A DNA stretch of 48,359 nt from the sequence record SRR2962707_2322. The stretch is one strand, 5' to 3'. Of this stretch, positions 37,893-45,444 are shown piece after piece (position 1 is the stretch's first letter; each line of letters opens with the position of its first letter). The notes under the pieces are model-generated. The model searched no databases. It saw only the letters and a list, made by a program, of their open reading frames with translations, and was not told the DNA's origin. Position numbers and translations under genes: made by a program.

Positions 37893-38682
37893 AGGTAAAA
37901 CCGCGCTGGTCACCGGTTCCGTACAGGGCATCGGCCTGGCCATCGCCAAAGCGCTTGGCCGGGCCGGCGCCCGCATCGCCGTGCATGGGCTGGCCGATCC
38001 CGATCAGGCGGCAAAGGCCTGCGCGGAAATTGAAGCCGCCGGCGCACCACAGGCCCGTTTTTTTGAGGCGGACATGCGCGAGCCCGAAACCATCGAGGCA
38101 ATGATGGAAGCCATTGCCGAATGGGGTGGCGCCGACATCCTGGTCAACAATGCCGGCATCCAGCACACCGTTCCGCTGGCCGAGGCGACGCCCGCCATCT
38201 GGGACACGGTTCTGGCCATCAATCTCTCGGGCGCTTTCCATACCATGCGGCTGGCGTTGCCAACCATGGCCCACCGTGGCTACGGGCGGGTGATCAACAT
38301 CGCCTCGGTCCACGGGTTGGTGGCATCGGTGCATAAATCCCCCTATGTGGCCTCCAAATTCGGACTGGTGGGGCTGAGCAAAGTCGCCGCCCTGGAATAC
38401 GCCGACAAGGGTGACAGGGCATCCGGCGGCATCACCGTCAACTGCATCTGCCCGGGCTGGACGGAAACCACCATTCTTGAGCCGCAAATCAACGCCAGCG
38501 CCGCTGAACACGGTGGCGACAGGGAAGCCGGCATCAGAAAAATGCTGGCCGAGAAACAACCTTCCGGCCGCATGTCCGCCCCCGACGAAATCGCCGAGCT
38601 CGCACTGTGGCTAAGCGCGCCGGTGGCTCACAACCTTACCGGCACCGCAATTCCGGTGGATGGAGGCTGGACGACACAATAA
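37876..38682 (+). CDS. 3-hydroxybutyrate dehydrogenase-like SDR
   Basis: TGSVQGIG, NNAGIQH, ASVHGLVAS, KSPYVASKFG, ICPGWT and LAEKQPS, typical of BdhA. Confidence 0.85.
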   Translation: MEQFLEGKTALVTGSVQGIGLAIAKALGRAGARIAVHGLADPDQAAKACAEIEAAGAPQARFFEADMREPETIEAMMEAIAEWGGADILVNNAGIQHTVPLAEATPAIWDTVLAINLSGAFHTMRLALPTMAHRGYGRVINIASVHGLVASVHKSPYVASKFGLVGLSKVAALEYADKGDRASGGITVNCICPGWTETTILEPQINASAAEHGGDREAGIRKMLAEKQPSGRMSAPDEIAELALWLSAPVAHNLTGTAIPVDGGWTTQ

Positions 38683-38759
38683 ATATCGTCGCGCCTTTTC
38701 CGCGTCACCAAAGCCATGACACATGCCCACACAATAAACCTGACAACAACTGGAGAGAG

Positions 38760-39860
38760 ATGATGACAATAAAAAGAAGGGATTTCCTCAAAGGCAGCGC
38801 CGCCCTGGCCGGCGCCGGCATGCTGGGCGGTTTGTCGGTACCAGCCTGGTCCGCCTCCGCCACCCGCATCAAGTTCGACACCTACATTTCTGAAACCGCC
38901 GGCCCCTCGCGCCTGGACGGCTGGTTCCTCGACGAACTGGAAAAACGGGCCGGCGACGCGGTAAAAATTCGCCGTTTCTGGGCCCAATCGCTGAACAAGG
39001 TTGGCGAGCATCTGGCGGCGGTCCGCGACGCCACGTCCGAAATGTCGCTGATTTCCCCCGGCTACTACCAGGCGGAATTGCCGGTGACCCGGGGACTGGA
39101 CTGGTACTTCCGGATGCAGCGCGCCGACGCCCTGCAGCTGGTGTGCCGCGACCTGTACCAGCAGTTCGAGCCGCTGCGTCAGGAGTGGGAGCAACGGCAC
39201 CGCTCCAAGGTGATGTACTGGACCAACTGGTATTACGCGCCCCTGGTGACCCGCGAGCCGATCCGCTCCCTGGAGGACATCAAGGGCAAACGGATTCGCG
39301 GCTACGGCGTGGCCACGGAAGTGATCGAGCGTCTCGGCGGCACCGCCGTGCCAATGGCGGCACCGGAAGTTTACACCGCCCTGGAACGGGGTGTTCTGGA
39401 CGGTGTCTACGGTTTCGATTTCATGACCTCCATTGCTTACAAACTGCATGAGATCGCGCCCTATTTCACCGACCTGGGCGACGGCCCTCATGCTCCCGCC
39501 GCCACCATAATGAGCATGAGTACCTGGAACGAACTGCCGGACAAGGTGCAGGGTATCTGCAACGAGCTGGTGGAAGAGATTTACGCTGGCAAGTACACCG
39601 AAATCTACGGTGCCACTTCCCGGGAGTATGTGAAAACCGCGCTCAAGGAAGGCGCCAAATTCTCCTCACTCAGCGATGCCGAAAAAGCCGAAGCCAAGGC
39701 CCTGATCCAACCGGCCCAGGTGGAGGGCTGGATCGAACGGGTAGCCAAACCGGCCAACATCGATGGCGCCAAGATGCAGGCGCTGGTGGACGCGGCCATC
39801 GCCAGGCACGATGCCAACGGTACCCTGGAGCGGCCTATGGAACTGGCGGCGGAGCTGTAA
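38760..39860 (+). CDS. TRAP substrate-binding protein DctP with Tat signal peptide
   Basis: KRRDFLK twin-arginine signal, GKRIRG and EVYTALERGVLDG. Confidence 0.9.
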   Translation: MMTIKRRDFLKGSAALAGAGMLGGLSVPAWSASATRIKFDTYISETAGPSRLDGWFLDELEKRAGDAVKIRRFWAQSLNKVGEHLAAVRDATSEMSLISPGYYQAELPVTRGLDWYFRMQRADALQLVCRDLYQQFEPLRQEWEQRHRSKVMYWTNWYYAPLVTREPIRSLEDIKGKRIRGYGVATEVIERLGGTAVPMAAPEVYTALERGVLDGVYGFDFMTSIAYKLHEIAPYFTDLGDGPHAPAATIMSMSTWNELPDKVQGICNELVEEIYAGKYTEIYGATSREYVKTALKEGAKFSSLSDAEKAEAKALIQPAQVEGWIERVAKPANIDGAKMQALVDAAIARHDANGTLERPMELAAEL

Positions 39861-39911
39861 AGCTCCGCCCCTGCCGGCATCGCATCGGATGACAACAATA
39901 ACGAGGCAATC

Positions 39912-40427
39912 ATGACCTTCCTTGAACGGCCATTCCGGGCCCTGGCCAATGTGTTTGGCGGCGTGGCACTGGTTTCGCTCGCCTTTCTGATGGTGGCGAT
40001 CACCCTGGACGCCACCGTCCGCTCGCTGATCGACCGGCCGATCACCGGCATCTTCGAGCTGTCGGAAATCGCCCTGGTGCTGATCGTGTTCCTCGGCCTG
40101 GGCTGGACCCAGATGGAGCACGGCCACATTCGCGTGGATGCGCTGGTTAAATTGGCACCGGTGCCGGTGGCCCGGGCCATGAATGCCTTTTCCTGGGCCG
40201 CCGCCGCGCTGGCCCTGGCCTTGCTGACCTGGCCCTCGACCCTGGACGCCATTCATTCGTTCCAGATCAAGGAGTTCCGCTGGGGCTATATCGAGTTCCC
40301 GATCTGGTGGGCGAAGATCGCCCTGGCCGTGGGCCTCTGGTTCGCCACCGCGCAAATGCTGCTGTATTCCGTTCTCGCCCTGCTAGGCCGGGACCACCCT
40401 GCTGCATCAGACCAGCCCACCGACTGA
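39912..40427 (+). CDS. TRAP small permease DctQ
   Basis: 4 TM segments and GHIRVD. Confidence 0.9.
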   Translation: MTFLERPFRALANVFGGVALVSLAFLMVAITLDATVRSLIDRPITGIFELSEIALVLIVFLGLGWTQMEHGHIRVDALVKLAPVPVARAMNAFSWAAAALALALLTWPSTLDAIHSFQIKEFRWGYIEFPIWWAKIALAVGLWFATAQMLLYSVLALLGRDHPAASDQPTD

Positions 40428-40448
40428 CAGGCCAACAAGAGACCCGTT

Positions 40449-41765
40449 ATGGATGAAATGACCGCTACCCTGCTGGCCATTGGCCTGGTCTTCGTACTAT
40501 TGGCCACTGGTGTTCCCGTCTTCGCCTCCCTGGCCCTGGCCGGCGTGGCCGGTGTGGTGATGGTGGAAGATCTGGACTTCGCGCTGAACCGCCTCAAGGC
40601 TTTCTCCTACACCCAGACCGCGGTCTATCTGCTGACCGTAATCCCGCTGTTTATTCTGATGGGGAACTTCGCGCAAAAAGCCGGTGTCGGGCAAAGGCTA
40701 TTCAGTGTGGCGCGTAAATGGGTCGGGCAATTGCCCGGCGGCCTGGCCATCGCCAGCGTCCTCACCAGCGCCGGGTTCGCCGCCACCTCCGGTTCCAGCG
40801 TGGCCACCGCCGCCACCGTCGGCGCCGTCGCCATCCCGGAAATGAAACAGGCCGGTTACGACCGCCGGCTGAGCACCGGCGCGGTGGCGGCCGGCGGCGT
40901 ACTGGGCGTGCTGATTCCGCCGAGCGTGCTGCTGATCTTCTATGCCGCGCTCACCGAAGTTTCCGCCGGCGCCATGCTGGTGGCAGGGGTGTTGCCCGGG
41001 TTACTGTCCACTCTGGTGTTCATCGCCGGTATCGTGGTGGTCAGCAAAAAAATCATGCCCGATTGCCACCAGACCCAGCCCCACTATGGCTGGGGGGAAC
41101 GCTTTGCCTCCCTGGGCGATGCCTGGCAGGTGATCGTGCTGTTCGTGGTCGTGCTCGGCGGCATTTATCTGGGCTTCGTCACCCCCACCGAAGCCGGCGC
41201 GATCGGCGCCTTCGCCGCCTTCCTGATGCTGCTATGCTCTCGGCAGGCCCGCGCCAACCTCGGCGGCAACCTGAAGGACAGCTTCCGCTCCTCGATCAGC
41301 ACCACGGTGATGATCCTCATGACCATGCTCGGCGCCGGCATCTTCAGCTACTTCCTCACCCTGGTGGGCGCGCCGCAATACATCGTCGAGGCCGTCACCA
41401 CCGTGGATCTGCCGCCGCTGCTGATCATCGGTTTACTGCTGTTGATCTATCTGCCGCTGGGCATGTTCCTGGACGCGTTCTCGATGCTGGTAATCACACT
41501 GCCGATTCTGTTCCCCACGGTGCAGTCACTCGGTTTCGATCCGCTCTGGTTCGGTATTCTGGCGGTGAAAATGTGCGAGATCGGCCTGATCACCCCACCG
41601 GTGGGCCTGAACGTCTATGTCACCGCCGGCATCGACCGCGACACCCCACTGGTGGACGTGTTTCGTGGTGCCGGCTGGTTCATGATCATGGAAGCGGTTA
41701 CCACCTTGCTGATTTTCTTCTTTCCGGTCATTGTCACCTGGTTGCCCGCCAACATGCTCGGCTGA
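40449..41765 (+). CDS. TRAP large permease DctM
   Basis: IPLFILMG, SGSSVAT, LGVLIPPS and ITPPVGLN. Confidence 0.93.
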   Translation: MDEMTATLLAIGLVFVLLATGVPVFASLALAGVAGVVMVEDLDFALNRLKAFSYTQTAVYLLTVIPLFILMGNFAQKAGVGQRLFSVARKWVGQLPGGLAIASVLTSAGFAATSGSSVATAATVGAVAIPEMKQAGYDRRLSTGAVAAGGVLGVLIPPSVLLIFYAALTEVSAGAMLVAGVLPGLLSTLVFIAGIVVVSKKIMPDCHQTQPHYGWGERFASLGDAWQVIVLFVVVLGGIYLGFVTPTEAGAIGAFAAFLMLLCSRQARANLGGNLKDSFRSSISTTVMILMTMLGAGIFSYFLTLVGAPQYIVEAVTTVDLPPLLIIGLLLLIYLPLGMFLDAFSMLVITLPILFPTVQSLGFDPLWFGILAVKMCEIGLITPPVGLNVYVTAGIDRDTPLVDVFRGAGWFMIMEAVTTLLIFFFPVIVTWLPANMLG

Positions 41766-41835
41766 AGGTCGAATCATTGGAGGTCGAATAAACAACAGTG
41801 TTCATGCACAGGCGTTCGTGCATAGGAGAGATGCC

Positions 41836-42819
41836 GTGAAAGCCATGATCATCGACCGCTCCGACGCGGCTCCAACCATCCGGCAAAGCGAAATTGAGCC
41901 TCCTTCCCGGGCCAGAGGGCAGGTACTGATCCGGGTCCAGGCCGCGTCGGTGAATCGCGCCGACCTGGCGGTCCTGGCTGGCACCCATGCCCACCCCGGA
42001 GCCGCTGGCCCCGCCGTGGTGGGTCTGGATGCCGCCGGCATCGTGGTCGAAGCCGATGAAGACAGCGAGTTCCGTGTCGGCGACCGGGTGATGACCATGG
42101 TGGGCGGCGGGTTGGCGGAGTATGTCGCCATTGATTCGCGCTTCCCGGTGCCCCTCCCTGACTCGTGGACGTTCGAGGAAGGCGCTGGCGCCATTATTGC
42201 CCTGATGACCGAACACAACGCGCTTCGTACCGCCGGCCGGCTGCGAGACGGCGACGCCGTACTGATCAATGCCGCCAACTCCGGGGTCGGCCAAATGGCC
42301 ATCCAGGTCGCGCGACATCTGGGTGCCGGGCGGATCATCGCCGGCGTCCGCACTCACCGGGAAGACGCCCTGCTCACCACGCTCGGCGCGGACACCATCA
42401 TCAATACCGGAGCTGGCGGGTTCGCCGAGCAGGTCCTCGACGTCAGCGACGGGCAGGGCGTGGATATCATCATCGACCATGTGGGCGGCCCCTATCTGGC
42501 GGACCACATCAAAGCCGCGGCGCTACAGGCGCGCCTCATCGGCGTGGGCCGTCTCGGCGGCGCCGAAGGCACCCTGGACATGGAGGCTCTGGCCTTCAAG
42601 CGGGTGGAAATCATTGGCGTGACGTTCCGCACCCGTAGTCTGGAAGAGAAGGTCCGCATCGTCGAGGCAATGCGTGAGGATCTGGACAACGCCCTGGCCG
42701 CGGGAAAGCTGAAGCCGCGTATCGACCGGGTACTGCCCTGGACGGAAGTGCGTTCGGCGCAGACCCTGGTGGCCGGCAATGACCACCTGGGCAAGGTTAT
42801 CCTCCAGGTCGGGACTTGA
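41836..42819 (+). CDS. NADPH:quinone oxidoreductase / MDR family dehydrogenase
   Basis: SVNRAD, GLDAAG, AANSGVG and HLGKVIL; GTG start after AGGAG. Confidence 0.88.
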   Translation: MKAMIIDRSDAAPTIRQSEIEPPSRARGQVLIRVQAASVNRADLAVLAGTHAHPGAAGPAVVGLDAAGIVVEADEDSEFRVGDRVMTMVGGGLAEYVAIDSRFPVPLPDSWTFEEGAGAIIALMTEHNALRTAGRLRDGDAVLINAANSGVGQMAIQVARHLGAGRIIAGVRTHREDALLTTLGADTIINTGAGGFAEQVLDVSDGQGVDIIIDHVGGPYLADHIKAAALQARLIGVGRLGGAEGTLDMEALAFKRVEIIGVTFRTRSLEEKVRIVEAMREDLDNALAAGKLKPRIDRVLPWTEVRSAQTLVAGNDHLGKVILQVGT

Positions 42820-42842
42820 TCATCCGGAGGCCCCGGTCGTGG

Positions 42843-43541
42843 TTATTTCGGAGACCTGGGCAGGAACGACAAATCCATGTGATAACGGCGAGGATCGTCA
42901 CGCCCGATGAACACCGGCACGCTCACGTCCTGCAAATAAGGGGAAGGGTCGTACCATAAGTAATCGCTGAGAAAACGGCGGCTGTCCCCGCTCAAAGGAT
43001 CGCGTCCTCGTGTCACCACCCGATAAGGATGGCGATACTGCATCTTCATCGAAGTCACATGCTCCACGCGCTCCAGTTCGGTCTCGATCCGCCGCCCTTC
43101 ACGCTTCAGCACAGCCACTCGGCGCCGCTTTCGCCGCCCGGCCGCAATCCAGATACCACCGATCAAAAGGAATACCGGTCCGATCAACCCACCGATTATC
43201 GAACCGCCCCAGAGCGCAAAGAAATCATCAACCCGAGCCTCCGCGGGCCTGGCCGGCGGATACAGGATCGGCATGGCATCGCCTATCCGCGCTCCAGCAC
43301 AACGCGTTCCTGCTCTGGTGGAAAACTCGATTGGGCGTCCGTCCTCCGTACGAAACCGCACCACCCATTCGCATACGGTCTTTTCGTCCATACGCCGCTC
43401 ACGAACGTTCTCCAGCACTCCTTGCCCTGATACCGCCTCCTTTACGAAAGAGGCAGTGTCCAGATACAGCACGACCGCCATAACAATCGCGGCGAAGCCA
43501 AAAACCACAAAAAAGTATTTAAAGAGTCCGCGAACTGTCAT
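42843..43541 (-). CDS. DUF3592-like membrane protein
   Basis: TM segment, then a beta domain (VVRFRTEDG...ILYPPARPAEARVD), a second TM, and a C-terminal domain ending YHMDLSFLP. Confidence 0.72.
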   Translation of the reverse strand: MTVRGLFKYFFVVFGFAAIVMAVVLYLDTASFVKEAVSGQGVLENVRERRMDEKTVCEWVVRFRTEDGRPIEFSTRAGTRCAGARIGDAMPILYPPARPAEARVDDFFALWGGSIIGGLIGPVFLLIGGIWIAAGRRKRRRVAVLKREGRRIETELERVEHVTSMKMQYRHPYRVVTRGRDPLSGDSRRFLSDYLWYDPSPYLQDVSVPVFIGRDDPRRYHMDLSFLPRSPK

Positions 43542-43612
43542 GATTCAACCACACCCCCACTGCGCCATCCTTGCCTCAATTCTCGTCTTCTCCTATGCAT
43601 CACGCTCCGCCC

Positions 43613-44179
43613 TCAGCGTATCTCTCCGGAGCGAATTTTTCTCACTACCGCCGCCAGCTCCGGGCTCGATATCTGCCGGGCGCCCCAAAGCAGTTCCCAC
43701 TTGCTCAGTTGCTTCTTGCGATACAACCTTTCCAGATGACCGGCGAAATCCCTGTCACTCATACCCGGCTCACGATGAGCCATCACCACTTCAAACGCAC
43801 GCAGCCAACGATAAATGAACCCGTATACAATAACCGTGGACAAAAGCGAGACGGCCATTACGACAAAAAGAACGACATCCACCGGCTTGCCAAGCCAGAG
43901 TTTGACACCATCCCAAAGAAACACCCCCAGACACAACAGAAAAACCGCCAGGAGTCCCCATGTGACCGAGGCCGGGGTTCGCCGATATATAACAGGGGCT
44001 TTTCGTGGATCCAGAGGCGGTTTATCCGGTCCCGCAAAGAACCAGTCGTAATGTGCCTGACAACAGAAGAGGCGACCGCTCTCACTGACGACGGCTTTAT
44101 CCGTGGTCACTTTTTTGTTGCAGGCGGCGCATTTCGGGGAAGTCCTGAGCATGAACGCCCTTCCTTTAGTGGACATCAT
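43613..44179 (-). CDS. Hypothetical membrane protein with N-terminal Cys cluster
   Basis: CAAC...FCCQAH motif followed by two TM helices; alternative start MLRTSP after GAAGG. Confidence 0.6.
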   Translation of the reverse strand: MMSTKGRAFMLRTSPKCAACNKKVTTDKAVVSESGRLFCCQAHYDWFFAGPDKPPLDPRKAPVIYRRTPASVTWGLLAVFLLCLGVFLWDGVKLWLGKPVDVVLFVVMAVSLLSTVIVYGFIYRWLRAFEVVMAHREPGMSDRDFAGHLERLYRKKQLSKWELLWGARQISSPELAAVVRKIRSGEIR

Positions 44180-44349
44180 GCGCCTTATTTAAACACAGGG
44201 CGGCGGTGGGCGCCGGTCGACGCCCATGGTCTTTTTACCAGAAAAACGAGAATTGACCACCCATCGGAAAAAAAGCCGACCGATAGTCCACCCAGGATAC
44301 GAGCGAAGACCAGAGCACTTCCCTCGTCGCTCAATGAAACAAACCCACC

Positions 44350-45444
44350 TCACGGCAGCCACTGAGAGCCGGATTCTTCTTCCTTGGCAGGCGCGTCCGG
44401 ATCATGGTCCTTGGGCACCCACAAATCCGCATTCAAATACAAACGGCGACAGGTCTCCGGGTCGTAATCTTCCGCTGTGGTCAACTTAGGGGTAGGTTTG
44501 CCGGGTTGACCAGCTTCACGAATGATCTTGGGCCAACGAGGTTCCCAGCATAGTAACTGAGATACCCAATGCCCCGCGCCCAGAATCAAAAAGGCGGGAC
44601 TCATCAGTAATTTACCCAGCCATAATTTCCAGTCGCCATGACGCAGAATCGGCCACAGACCCTCGAATTGGGGTTCCAGGCTGTACCAGGGCCAGGGAAT
44701 CTTGCTGCGCACGCGGGGTTTGGGTACGGACTTGGGGCCGTCTTCCATGTAGCGGCGGATAAACTCCCATTCATCGAGTAGGTCCTGTGCAGTGCCGGCA
44801 CGTTTGCCGACGGCGGCAAAGGTCACAAACGGCTGCCCGGTTCGGTGCGGCATCCAGGCCAAGACCAGACGCATACCTGCCCCTTCATGGATGGCAATAA
44901 TCTTGTCCCAGGGCATTGTCACCACTCCGCCCGTATACTTTGGGCGATGCAAATACACCTGTCGGGTTTTGCGGTTGAAGCGGATCAATAAACGACGGTG
45001 GGTGAACAGTTCCCAGCGGATAGGAATGTAGAATTTGAATTTGAAGAAGCAGTACCAAAGTCCGGCAGTTAAGCCGCCTACGCCAATCACGCCGACAAGA
45101 TAATCTATAATCCCATTGTGATTGGGACCTTGAAGCAGCAAATCAATTGCACCATAAACCCCACCGAAAGCAAACAAGAAGAGCGTTAATGCCAACGGTG
45201 TAATCAACCCCCGATAATGCTCCAGAGAGCCGCAATGCATTTCCAGGACAGTGTCATTGAAGGCGTACACTGGCCCCCGGCTACGAGGAACATCGCTGAC
45301 AGCTTGGTCCAGGGGCGGCTGCTTTTCTTCCAGTAATGCTTTCAGCGATGCCTGGCGCTTCTCTATGGATTTGAGCCAGTCTTTGTCTCGCTGCGTCTCA
45401 TCAAAAGTGCTGCCCCACCAAGCCATCCATTCAAATAAGTACAT
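44350..45444 (-). CDS. Putative T6SS immunity protein (DUF6708-like)
   Basis: Two TM helices, then IRFNRKTRQVY, WEFIRRYMEDGP and PRWP; its ATG overlaps the effector stop (TGATG). Confidence 0.8.
   Translation of the reverse strand: MYLFEWMAWWGSTFDETQRDKDWLKSIEKRQASLKALLEEKQPPLDQAVSDVPRSRGPVYAFNDTVLEMHCGSLEHYRGLITPLALTLFLFAFGGVYGAIDLLLQGPNHNGIIDYLVGVIGVGGLTAGLWYCFFKFKFYIPIRWELFTHRRLLIRFNRKTRQVYLHRPKYTGGVVTMPWDKIIAIHEGAGMRLVLAWMPHRTGQPFVTFAAVGKRAGTAQDLLDEWEFIRRYMEDGPKSVPKPRVRSKIPWPWYSLEPQFEGLWPILRHGDWKLWLGKLLMSPAFLILGAGHWVSQLLCWEPRWPKIIREAGQPGKPTPKLTTAEDYDPETCRRLYLNADLWVPKDHDPDAPAKEEESGSQWLP

Noticed and set aside
41766-41789. AGGTCGAAT direct repeat after dctM
   Set aside because: Only two 9-mers with no supporting context; it may be chance or a small duplication.
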